Assembly (NCBI RefSeq): GCF_036321535.1
Contig: NC_087437.1
Span: 102,550,001-102,614,000, forward strand
Direction: 5' to 3'
DNA length: 64,000 nt
Source: Camelus dromedarius
Lineage: Eukaryota
The translations under genes and the position numbers were made by a program. Of this stretch, positions 1-11,560 are shown piece by piece; the first letter of the stretch is position 1, and each line of letters starts with the position of its first letter. The notes beneath the pieces are model-generated. The model did no database searches, was not told where the DNA came from, and was given only the letters and a program-made list of their open reading frames with translations.

Positions 1-429
1 TTTACTTGGCGGGACGACTCAAGCCGGGATGATAGCCTCTCAGATGGCTCTGAGGGACTGCTCCCAAGAGGTAGGGGAGGAGCTAGGAAATATAGCAGCT
101 TTACAACAAAGACCAGGTAGTTGGAACAATAAAAGATTACTTGTTAACTAAAGAAAACCAGGCATCTCAAGTTAAAGAATTTAGTGCTTTTCTATGTATG
201 GGAGGAAGCAAACATTTGGGCTCATTGAATTCATTCCTTTGACAAGCACCTAGCTGTCTAGGGCCGGTATCCTGTCCTTTCTTATTCTGAGTCCCCTCAG
301 GGTGCACCATTGTGAGTGGCTGCAGAGGCCCGGACTGCAGGCTTGTCTTCACTGCAGGGTGGCAGCAGCCACTGATGACTTGATGGTTTCAGCATTGTTT
401 ACTGATATGGTTGCAGTATTTTGTTCACA
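1..429 (-). mobile_element. ERV1-type LTR, 3' end truncated by the window edge
   Basis: The reverse complement starts TGTGAACAAAATACTGC at 429 and aligns along its length with the complete + strand LTR at 3088-3583. Confidence 0.9.
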
Positions 430-554
430 GTCTGTTTCTTGATCTGCCGGTGTTATTGTTTATTGCTGTTTTATTTGACTAACGGGATGTTTTTAATTTG
501 GGAGCAGCAAGCTTATTTTACTGAAACACAAATAGTAAATTCACCTTTTCAAAG

Positions 555-1079
555 TGAAAGCAGCTCTTTTGCCCCTTTCCTCTTTGCCAATTTTATTTCC
601 CTCTAATCTAATTACAGGAATTGAGATCACTAGGCAATTTAACCTAACTCCTGATTTATGCGCTCCTGAATGTACACCATGTCTTCCCTAATCTGCTGGT
701 TCTTTTCCTAGATTAAAAGAAGTAAGAATGCAGAATTAAGTAGTTAAAGAATGAGGAGGTCTCTATCTCCAACAGCCCCCTCAGCAATCCTGCAGGCAAA
801 TCACACAGGAAAGATAACATCTGCAGAGAGACTCAGCCAATCTGCATGCAATGGAGAATGATGCAGAATCCAGCCTCCTCCCTTGGAGATTCTTTCCACT
901 TTTCCCTTTAAAAACTGTCCTGGCCGAGTAGACTCTTCACAGTTGGTCTCAGGACATAGCCCACTTTCTTCTCAGATTGCCAGCTTTTCTGATTAAAGCA
1001 ACTTTCCTTTTCACTGACTCTTGCCTCTGGAATTTATTGGCTTTTGAGTGGTGAGCAGCTGAACTTGAGCTCAGTAACA
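555..1079 (+). mobile_element. Solo ERV1-type LTR
   Basis: TG...CA termini (TGAAAGCAGC...TCAGTAACA), ATTAAA signal near 992, an ERV1-like U5 end (GAGCAGCTGAACTTGAGCTCAGTAACA), and AAAG on both sides (551-554, 1080-1083). Confidence 0.8.
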
Positions 1080-1083
1080 AAAG

Positions 1084-1718
1084 TGAGACAGGACGGAAGG
1101 GGGCAGAGCACAGCCATTCAAGGAATGCTACAGCAATTAACATCAAAAGGTGAAAGATTCAATCCCCAGTAGGACTTGAGGCTCAGGATGATGAGAGGTT
1201 TAACTTCTAGTAGATCTTGAGCTTCATTATATGTTTGTTGTAATATATTAACACAGTGAATAACACGCCCACAGGCACCATGGCAGTCCCAAGGCTAGCC
1301 ACAAATGGTCAAAGAGTGGGAAATGGCCAACTTCCTGGGAATCCCAGCCCCTTCCCCAAGCTACTGAGACTGGTCCTTCCACTTATTAGCATATGAAGCC
1401 ACCAAACCCATAAAAACTAGCAACTCCACGGTGACTCGAGGCCACCCCTCTCTCTCCCTCTTCAGAGATGGCCCACCTTCTGTCTATGGAGTGTGTACCT
1501 ACTTTTATTCTGAGCATCCAACCCCCACACCTTGTGGTCTTTCTCTTGCCTTCCAATGTATCTATCTGAATAAATCTACCTTTACTCAACTGTGGCTCAC
1601 TCTTAAATTCTTCCCTGCGCGAAGCCAAGGACCCACACTTGGCGGGGCACGTCCCAGGGGCTCAATCAAAGCCTGGGACATGGCCCTCCTTATGGCCTAC
1701 ATCTGTTTTGCTGCCTCA
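1084..1718 (+). mobile_element. Solo ERV1-type LTR, different family from 555-1079
   Basis: TGAGACAGG...GCCTCA termini, TATA-like CATAAAA near 1409, AATAAA at 1569-1574, and a perfect 4-bp TSD AAAG (1080-1083, 1719-1722). Confidence 0.88.
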
Positions 1719-2440
1719 AAAGGAGTACAGAAACAGTGCTTTTGTCCCTGGGGCTAGTTGTTTTGAAGTGTGTGGGTGACAGATAAGTTTCTAATTTGAG
1801 CAGTGAATGAAAAATTAATAGTTCTAATAAGATGGAAGTGTTGACAAATTTTAAAATATGATGAAATATATGTTATCAAAACCATAATTACCAGAAAAAT
1901 AAAGAAACAAAAGGATATTATTTGTTACTGGAAAACTACTTTGGTAGTGTGGACAGTTTTGTTTTTCTTTATTCTTCATTATTAATTGAGTGGTATTATT
2001 TGTTTTTAAAATCACTTATTTGTCATGGAAACAAAGGTTGCCTAAAAAGGAATAATACTCAATTATGAGACTGACTTGTATGTTTATAATTTGCAGCGAG
2101 ATCAATAGATATGCACATCACAGGGAAAGAAGAAATGCCTCCTCCTTTTATCCATTTCAGAGAGTGGTTACCATTTTTTAAATTTCTGAGTTGATACATC
2201 TAAAATATTCAAAAAAGATACAAAATACTTGTAAACATATTTTCAGACATAAATTGCATGCTACTTCCACTAAAAATATTTTTTTTCTAACCTCTGAGGA
2301 TCACTATAGATCATTGTTTAGACTTCCTCATAGGTAAATTTAAGGCTGCATCTTTAACTTTAGGCACGTATTTCAATTATCTTTGTGTCATTATGTATGT
2401 GTGATATTCTTCCAGATTCACTCATTATATGACTTGCTAC

Positions 2441-3083
2441 TGTCGCCGATAGGTGCAACTGGTGTTCCAGGTTCTTGTCCCATCCCAGAAAGAATTCAGA
2501 GACAAGACTTAGGTTAAAAAGGTGAAGTGAGGATTTATCAAAGGATGGATAGTACACTCTCAGGGGAGAGCGGGCAGGCTCAGGTGAGCAGCTGCCCTGA
2601 GTTTCTTTGGCAAGTTAGTTACATAGGGTGTAAAAATGAATGGGCGGAATATTCATTGGGGAGGGAAGGGTTTGGGGTCATATTCCCTGATTATCATCCC
2701 AACTCCACCTTCCCAAAAGGATGAGGGATTTTTGTCCTTATTTAGTCTGGATCAGAAGTGTCATGGCGTCGGTGCATGATGGGTGCTACTGATCTGCAAG
2801 GCTAATTTTATTGAAATGAGGGCATAATGAGTAAAAGATTACATTCAGACACTGGAAATTCCTGCCTTTTCTGACCTTTCTTTGTTGGTCTCCAAGCCAA
2901 AAGGTGTGGCCCCTTATCAGCCTGAAGATTCCAGCTTTTCTTTCTCTGCCCGGGGATCCCTGCTGCTCACATGATGTGTGGTTTCCTACATTTGGCCTGT
3001 GCCCCTCCTTTCTGCCCAATTCCTGCCATTTGGTCTGTGTCCCCCTTTCTCTGCTCGTATCTAGCTATCTGCCTGCTCTAACA
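2441..3083 (-). mobile_element. Solo ERV LTR
   Basis: TGTCGCC...CTCTAACA termini, CpG-retaining GC-richer block in AT-rich flanks, flanked by CTAC (2437-2440) and CCAC (3084-3087). Orientation inferred from an antisense poly(A)-like TTTAT near 2534. Confidence 0.8.
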
Positions 3084-3087
3084 CCAC

Positions 3088-3583
3088 TGTGAAGGGAAAA
3101 TACTGCAAACCATATCAGTAAGCAAATGCTGAAACCATCAAGTCATCAGCCGCTGTGGCCACCTCCCAGTGAAGACAAGCCTGCAGCCCAGCCCCTGCAG
3201 CCACTCACAATGGTGCACCCTGAGGGGACTCAGAGTAAGAAAGGACAGGATACTGGCCCTAGATAGCTAGGTGCTTGTCAAAGGAATGAACTCAATGAGC
3301 CCAAATGTTTGCTTCCTCCCATACATAGGAAAGCACTAAATTCTTTAACTTGAGATGCCTGGTTTTCTTTAGTTAACAAGTAATCTTTTATTGTTCCAAC
3401 TACCTGGTCTTTGTTGTAAAGCTCCTGTATATCCTAGCTCCTCCCCTACCTCTTGGGAGCAGTCCCTCAGAGCCATCTGAGAGGCTGTCATCCCAGGCTC
3501 AAAGTTGGTTCGAGTCCTCAGAAACATCCACCAAATAAAAGATAACTCTCAACTTGTAGGCTGTGTATTTATTTCAGTCGACA
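3088..3583 (+). mobile_element. Solo ERV1-type LTR, same family as 1-429 and inverted relative to it
   Basis: TGTGAAGG...GTCGACA termini, AATAAA at 3534-3539, flanked by CCAC and CTAC. Bases 3330-3423 are the exact reverse complement of 97-190. Confidence 0.9.
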
Positions 3584-3759
3584 CTACTCATACTGTTGTT
3601 AAGCTTATGAAAAGAGATTAATATAATAACTTGGCTGTGTTTTTTCTTAATTAGGTTAGAATGTACTTCATTCTCCTCATGTTTCATTGAAATTTAGCAA
3701 GATAACAGTCTAGTGCAGAATTTGTAAAAGAGCAGGTTTGGGGCCACTTGCTCTGTGGA

Positions 3760-3868
3760 TCAGGATCCACTGGAGAGTTCAGGTTTGGCTGGTTTCAGGT
3801 GGAGCCCAGGAATCTCCTTTTTAAAAACTCCTTAGTGACTGCTATACATATTAAAATTTGAGAGCTGT
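3760..3868. mobile_element. MER5-like hAT-Charlie DNA transposon fragment
   Basis: GGTGGAGCCCAGGAATCT...TTTTAAAAACTCC...GTGA...TTTGAGAGCTG resembles the recalled MER5A consensus. Confidence 0.6.
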
Positions 3869-4269
3869 AATGCACAGGAGGGAAAAAATAATGTGTTCTT
3901 CTCTTTCCAAATCACAGTTTGAAACAAATACCTTTTTGGAAAATCTAATTTCTAGTTATTCAAGACAATTTAATGAGAGCTTTCTATATGTTAAAAACTG
4001 CCATATAAACAAGAATTGAATCAGAAGAACACTCAGGGAAAACTCACAGACCAATAAATTCTGCAGGAAAAGACCAATTAACAAAATCAATTCATGGCCA
4101 AATTTCTCCTGCAAATAAAAAAATAAATAATACTTTTTTGAAGCAAATTTCAAGAGGCCCTAAATGTAACCCTTGGGGAGGGTTTTTATGCAAATAAGCC
4201 AAAATTCTAAGAATATTTACAGTAATATTAGCAAGAGCAATAACTGCAACAATTTTAAGGATGTTTCAG

Positions 4270-4660
4270 GTAGTGTGTAAAATGTGGATCATCTCTTACT
4301 TAATTCATACAATAACAAAATGAGGTCTGGATTATTAGTGTTTCTTTCATTTTATAGGTGATATGTTAAGATTAAATAATCTACTCAGTAGAATAGATAA
4401 ACAAGATTATACTGTACAGCACAGGGAAATATATACAAGATCTTGTGGTAGCTCACAGCAAAAAAAATGTGACAATGAATATATGTATGTGCATGGATAA
4501 CTGAAAAATTGTGCTCTACACTGGAATTTGACATAACATTGTAAAATGACTATAACTCAATAAAAAATGTTAAAAAAAATAATCTGCTCAAAGTCGTATG
4601 GCTTGTAAGTGATGAAGTCAAACTGAACAGAGGTCACATGCCCCTGTCTATGTGCTATTC
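4270..4660 (-). mobile_element. MIR SINE interrupted by an L1 fragment
   Basis: MIR core-like CATTTTATAGGTGA...TTAAATAATCT(G)CTCAAAGTC...GTAAGTGA continues across the L1 insertion. Confidence 0.6.
4388..4576 (+). mobile_element. 5'-truncated L1 3' end with TSD
   Basis: Artiodactyl-type L1 3' UTR (ACTGTACAGCACAGGGAAATATAT...ACATTGTAAAATGACTATAACTCAATAAAAAA) with a 14-bp TSD AAATAATCT(A/G)CTCA at 4374-4387 and 4577-4590. Confidence 0.9.
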
Positions 4661-5329
4661 TGTCTCCCACTAAATAGGTAGAAAATTTCCTCCCTAAAAA
4701 ATGAAAAATTTCTCTAAAACTTCTGAATTGTGTTTGGCTATATAATGGCAGGAATCTTTAGGATCTTCCTGGAATTATGACAAAATATCAGAGAGAAGCC
4801 TAAAATACCAAACCAGGATCAACTTAAAGAGAAATCTTGAGGTAAGTATAGATAACATAGTCTTCATACCACCCCCTTCAATCCACCAGATCATTTCAAG
4901 AGAATGAGCTGCATTTTGTGGAGCTCTTGTTCTATGAAATTTCCTTATACAACAGAGTCTCACAAAGGTCTAATCAGAGAAGGCTGCCACACCTTTGAAA
5001 GCAACTGATCACATTTTCAGGGACTACAGAAAGGTCAATGTTAATGGCTTTAGTCATTATTAAAAAAAATATATATATATATATGTATTTTTTCCTTAAT
5101 CAATTTTATTTGTGCCAGCATGGTGAAAGGTAAAGTATAGATAATGTTTTGAGCAAAACAAACAGAAGCTGTACCCTGAAGGAAATTAAGCCTAGTTAAA
5201 AGTAATAAACAAAATAAAATTAAAAAAAAAATAAAGACTGAAATAACCAACTAGATGATTCAGTAAAGTCATATGGTCAGAGAAAACCTATGGGTCAGAG
5301 AAAACCTGTCTGGGAGATACATTTATCAT

Positions 5330-8300
5330 GATTAATGTGTTAAAAGACTTACAGAGATAACATAGAGTAAGATAAAGGAATTTCTAAGAAATAATCAAAT
5401 TGAAATTATAGAATTAAAATCATGATATCAGCAGTAAAACATTTCTTCAACCATCACAAAAGTAAGCTTAAAATATGTCGATGGAAATAATCCAAAGTGA
5501 AGCATAAAGAGAAAACATATTGGAAAAATTATTTTAAAAATCTATGGGATGCTATCAAACAGTCTAATGTAATGTAATTAGAGTCCAAAAAGGAGAAGAG
5601 AACTATTGATAGAAAATTGGATCAAAAATTAGTAACAGTACAGAAATTCTGACAATACTACTAAAAAAGAAAAGAAAAGGAACAAAGACTAATAAGACTA
5701 TTAGTAAACAACTGAATTACAGTACATCTATATACTACAATATAAGAATCACATCAAATGTAACTGATTTAACATCCATCCCATTTAAAAAACAGTATTA
5801 ACCACATTGAATCAAAAAAATCATACTTCAAATACATGCCACATACAATTATGAATTTCACATTAGAGTGCAGGGGGTGACATACTCCAAAACAGAAAAA
5901 GAAGAAACTCAAAACTTCACCCCATTATAAAAGCAATGAAAGAAAACTGGACAAAAAGGGTCAGGATCAGTGTTTTTGAAGTGTAGATATTAACTAAAGA
6001 CTTGCAGCAAAGCAGAGAGTGCTTACTTGTGAAAAGCAGCAAGACTGTCAGCACAGTGAACTGTGCAGGATTTTAACTATTTTAACTTATGCCAATTTGA
6101 TCCTCCTTCTCTAGCTCAGCAGTAGCCATGAAAATGACATTTGGCATTCCTAGTACTATAGTGAACATGACGGGTCTCATTTGCAAATTACTATAATAAT
6201 TACTTTTTTTTTTCACACCTGCGTAGTCATTCCTTGAAAGACCAGCTCAAAAGTCTTGCTTCTGTTTCACCTGACTCAGAACTGACCCAGTGCCACAGTT
6301 GCTTCCATGGATAGTCTGTCAGAAATATTTATGGGACAGTGGTTTAATCACAGCTGCCGGGGTGATAGATAACAACTGGGGCAAACAAGGCACTAACTAA
6401 AAAGCTTGGGAGAACTGGGCAGTCAATGAGATGTTCATAAGGGCTTTGAAAACCTCTGACATACTCCTGGGAAGCCGGAAGTCCACGCACATGCCCAGAG
6501 CTGTGCATATGCTCAGGAATGACCTGAGCAGGTTCTCAGCACTGAACTGACGAAATCTGAACCCATGAGGAAGCAGGAGTGGAGACCAAGACCAAGTTGT
6601 AGACTGCTTTACCCGAGTGCTGAAGGTGCACCCAAACACGCACAGAACCCTCAGCAAACACTGGAAGATATTTTTAGTTTAAGTTGTTTAAGGAAGTTCT
6701 GTCCAGTTATTAGCTGACTACTAAGCCAATGGAAACAAAGACATCAGTTGCCAAACACAACAAAAAATGCAGACTTTACAGAATTATCATAGAAAAGTCA
6801 TTAAACAAATAACAACAGGAACAAAAAGAAAAAAGCCAACATTAAGCAACAGCAACAGCAACAAACAACACAGCAAAGAAGTGTATCTGATTTTCAGAGT
6901 TGGACAATATAATATTTAAAATATCTGACTGTCAATGAAAAAATTAAGAGGTGTGCAAAGTAACAAAAAAGTATGGCCCATGCACAGGGAAAAAAAAAAA
7001 ACATTAATAAAAACTGTCCTTGAAGAAGCACAGACACAGGAATTTCTAAAGAGGTACTTTAAAGCAGCTATTTTAAATATTTTCAACAAGTTGAAGAATA
7101 TCATGCCTAAAGACTAAAGGAAAATATGAGAATGGTATTTCACCAAATAGAGAATATCAATAAAATACAGGAATTATTACAAGAACCAAAAAGAAAAAGT
7201 ATGATAACTGAAGTGAAAAACTCATTAAGAGGCTCAACAGCAGATCTGAGCAAAAAGAAGCAGCAAACTGAAGAATGGTCATATGAGATTTGGAAAATAT
7301 AATGGAGAAAAATGAACTGAGTTCGAGACTATGAGATATCATGGATCATATCAATATATGCATAAATGAGAGTCCCAGAACAAAAGGAGAGAGAGAAAAA
7401 AGTATTCTGAAGGAGAATTTGAAGAAATGGTCAAAAACTTCCCAAGTTTGATGAAAATATTAATATTGCTCCTACTTCTGGCAAATCAAAACCAGAAGCA
7501 CACAGAAAGGATTATATACTATAATTCTTTATGGCAGGAATGCAAAGTTGTTTCAACACATGAAAATCAATCCAGGTAATAAATTACATTAAAAGAATAA
7601 AGAAAAGAGAATCATTTTGATAGATGTAGAGAAAACATTGGACAAAACTCAACATGTATTCATGGTAAAAACACTCAACAAATTTAGATTAGAAGGAAAT
7701 GTCTTCAGTCTAATGAAAGGCAGCTATGAAAGCCCATAGCTGATATTATAACTAATGCTGAAATATTAAAGGCTTTCGCCTAAGATCAGGAGCAAGACAG
7801 GATATCTGCTTTTACTAATTCTATTCAATGTTGTACTAGAGGTTTTGGCCAGGGCAATTAAGGCAAGAAAATGAAATTAAAAACATCCAAATTGGAAAGA
7901 TTGGAAAGGAAGAAGTAAACCTATTTCTCTCTGCCATGCCATGACCTCAAAAAATACAAACATACACACACACACAAGACTATAAGGACTAATAAATGAT
8001 TTCAGCAAAGTTGCAGGATACGTGATCAACATGCAAAGTCAGCTGTATATCTAGACCCTAGCAATGTGAAAATGAAATCAAGAGAACAATTGCATTTATA
8101 AAATCATCAGAGGACTTAAAATATTTGACTAAATTTAATCAATATTGTAAGACTTACACATTGAGAGCTACAGAATATATTTTAGTAAAGAAATATCCTA
8201 ATGACAAATAAACCCATGATAAAATGCATGGCATAATTAGTGAGTTGCAAGTTAAAATCCCAATAGGATACCGCCACAAGACTATTACAATTAATTTAAA

Positions 8301-8966
8301 AAGTACTGAAAGTATCAAGTGCTGACAAGGATTCAGAACAACTGGAATGCTCATCCACTACTGGTAGGAATGGAAAATGGCACAGCCAGTGTGGAAAACT
8401 TTGGCAGTTTCTTAAAAGGTTAAGATATATGCTAACTGTATGATCCAATGGTCCCATTCTTAGGTATTCCTACAAGAGAACCCAAAACACCTATCTGCAC
8501 AAAAATCTATGTCTGAATGTTCACAGCAGCTGTATTCAAGATCACCCAACACTGAAAACAGCCCCAATGACTGCCAAACTCTGGATGAGTAAACAAAGTA
8601 TTGTTCACCTACACAATCTTATTTAGCAATAAGAAGGAGTGAACAATTGATACACACATTAATGTATCAATGCAGTACACAGAATGAAAGGAGGCACTTT
8701 TAATGTGTTATACAGTGTATGATTCTATTTATGTAAAAGATAAAATTCAAGAGAAAGTAAAAACTTTAGAGGTTGTCAAGAGAAAGGAGTTGGGGGAAAG
8801 AAACTGACGACAAAGAAATACAAATATTTTTGAAATGATGGAAATCCTCTCTATATTGGCTGCAATGGCAATTATACAACTATATATATTTCTTTCAAAA
8901 TTAATAGAACTCTATACCTAAAGGGAATAAATCTTGTTATATGTAAATTATGTTTCAATAAAGCTG
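5330..8966 (+). mobile_element. Old, fragmented L1M (L1MC/MD-like): 5' region, ORF1/ORF2 remnants and 3' end
   Basis: A-rich + strand with recognisable L1 motifs (GGAATGCAAAGTTGTTTCAAC, TAAGATCAGGAGCAAGACAGGGAT, TTCAGCAAAGTTGCAGGATAC) and terminal TGTAAATTATGTTTCAATAAAGCTG. No intact ORF. Confidence 0.85.
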
Positions 8967-9099
8967 ACCCAAAACAGGTACTACTGCATAATTATTATCA
9001 CCTACAAAAAAAAAGTAAGTCCTAGTTTTGTACTCACATGCTGTCCAGGTAAGATATGCCTTTTCAAATCTGCATGCTTTTGAAATTTATCTGCAAGTC

Positions 9100-9402
9100 A
9101 GATCGTTTTTCTGAACCTCTCACCCATGTATCCAATTGTACAATTGTTATTTTCACTGATATGCCCCACAGGTAATTCAAACTCATCATATTCAAATCAG
9201 AAATCATGATTTCTGTCACCTCTGTCTCAAATTTGCTTTACCTATTTTGTTTCTTATCTTAGATTGTAGGGTCTGCTGTTCAAGCTAGAATTCTCGATAC
9301 TAAGTTTGTTTACTTTTTCTCCCTTTCCCTATGTTCAGTCAGATTCAATCTGTATCTAGCAGATAGTAGAAATGTACAATATGTTTTTGAGTGAATGAAT
9401 AC
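9100..9402 (+). mobile_element. L2 LINE fragment
   Basis: L2-like CAAACTCATCATATTCAAATCAGAA and 3' end AATATGTTTTTGAGTGAATGAAT. Confidence 0.6.
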
Positions 9403-11399
9403 ATTAAAGAATTCTGCTCCTGGGAATAAAATCAATGTTTGAAAGATACTAGGGAAGCCTGTGACTCCAGATAAGCATTATGAATCATTAGCTCTGCTTT
9501 TAGAAACAAAATGATGCCACTGGGGGCAGGGTATGGGGGGAGAGGTCAAAATTAATCCGCTGCTGAGATGCACAAGTTAAAAATCTTTAGAGAAATGAGA
9601 ATAGATTGAGGAAAAACTGTCATAAACTCTTCCATGTTTATCTCCTTATGTTTTATCTTCTACATCCTGGGTCTTACTTATAATTCTTATATCTGTCTCT
9701 GTTTGTGAATTCATAACTGCCTTGTTCTCTCATAGGCACTCCATTTCTCTATATTTTATGCCTGGCTTTGCTCAATCAATTAAGTTCAATTGAATTTAGC
9801 AAAATAAGTCACAAAACTAAACCCAGAAGACCACATTAACAAAGACATACTGCTGCACTCACTCCCAATGAATATTTCGTGGTGTCCATATTTCCTCAGT
9901 CTGAAAGCTTATTTGATTTATTATGTAAGCCTGTAAATAGAGTAAAATTGATTGGTCTTAAAATAATAGCCAGTCTTATCTAAAGGGAAGAAAAACGTAG
10001 TAAACAGAAAACAGTGGTATTTTTGAGAGTTGTCCTGGTCATCCAAAAATGAAAGTTAGATAGGAGTCCTAGAGGGATGTGGCAAGACTTCCCTGCCTCT
10101 CCTCCTCGTCCCAGGTCCCAGTTTCTATAGAGATCAGGCTGCACTTGGAATTTGAACGGGGGCTGCGTGTGACTTGTTTTCACAAACCCATGATGGATGA
10201 TGGCTAACGGGTAGTACGGTGGCAATAAAGCACTGTCTTTTGGACAAAATAGTTGTAGGACTTGAGGATATCTTCTGCTTCACGAATGCACTAAGTTTCC
10301 CAGGAGAACTGGCCAACAAAACTGCCAGATTGTGGAAGGTCAAGCACAAAAGAACTAATAGGACCTCAGGGGAAGAGCATTACAGCTGGTTGTTACCACT
10401 CACGGCTGGACCAGGAGATCCATTTTTTTTAAAAAATCAGAACTATTTCAGCAGATAGAATAAATGAACTTATTCTGCCCCAGGTTGTGGTTTCTCTTCC
10501 TTCAGATAATCAAGACTGCATCATTTTCTTCCTTCAGATTGCTTTAAATAGTCATACTTCTAATTCTTTCCAAATACTCTCTCAGAGTAGATCACATTAT
10601 AATTTGGGTCATTAACAGTCTTTTTTTTTTTAATGTAAAGTAATAAGCACTGAATAATGTAAGACATATTTTAAAATAATTTATATCATCAATTATTATT
10701 TATAGTCTGTGTCCATAGTGCTCTACTGACACTAAATAATAACTATTTAGGAAAATAAATAATAAATAACTATTAGGAAACTATTTGATGGGCCATTTTC
10801 CTAGATTAATTAATTTAGCCTTTTTTCTTGTGTATGTATTATTACAATTTTTCATGAAAAAAGATATCCAGAAAGATTATTAAATTTAAAAAATTCTGAT
10901 TAATTACATACTATTTCTTCTTATCACTTAGAGCTTTTTAGCCAAATTAGACACAGACTTTATTAATCAGAGATTACCACTTCACATATATAAGTAGAAA
11001 TATAAGCTAAATTAATTAAGCCAGGTATTCCTAAAATGTATTAACATTGAGAATCCAATCATTTATCACTTTTTCACTCAGATTCATCATTGACAGTATT
11101 GATAATATTGCCTTTTGTGTCCCTGAGTTTGCAACATTTCTTAAAAAAACTTATAAACTATCCAAAAGCCACTGGTGGTATGCTGCTAAGCTAACTTTAT
11201 AAAAACACCACTCTGAAATTACAGCTTTACATATAATTTGATTCACCACCTCCTTGAAACCTGGCCCAAACTAAGTCTTGAAATAAAAAGAACATTTCCA
11301 GGGTGTCAATCAGATTATCTTCCATCCTCTGCCATCCATTCTACAAATTTTCAAGCTGGGTATTTATTTTTCCAAAATGTAAAGGCAGTGACAATTATG

Positions 11400-11560
11400 C
11401 CATGACTATTCTCCAGATGACATCAATTTTTAAGATGCATAGTTACGGCAGAGATGCTGAACTCAGTGCAAACATATTTCATGCCCAAAGATACACAGTG
11501 AGTTAATGGTCAAGTTAGGATTCAAATAAAGGCCATTAGACAAAAGAACTTCTACTCTTA
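11400..11560 (-). mobile_element. MIR fragment
   Basis: TGCCCAAAGATACACAGTGAGTTAATGG...GGATTCAAA core motif. Confidence 0.55.

Noticed and set aside
5271..5308. Short tandem duplication GGTCAGAGAAAACCT (similar ones at 10735 and 21103)
   Set aside because: Ordinary slippage duplications with no further structure.
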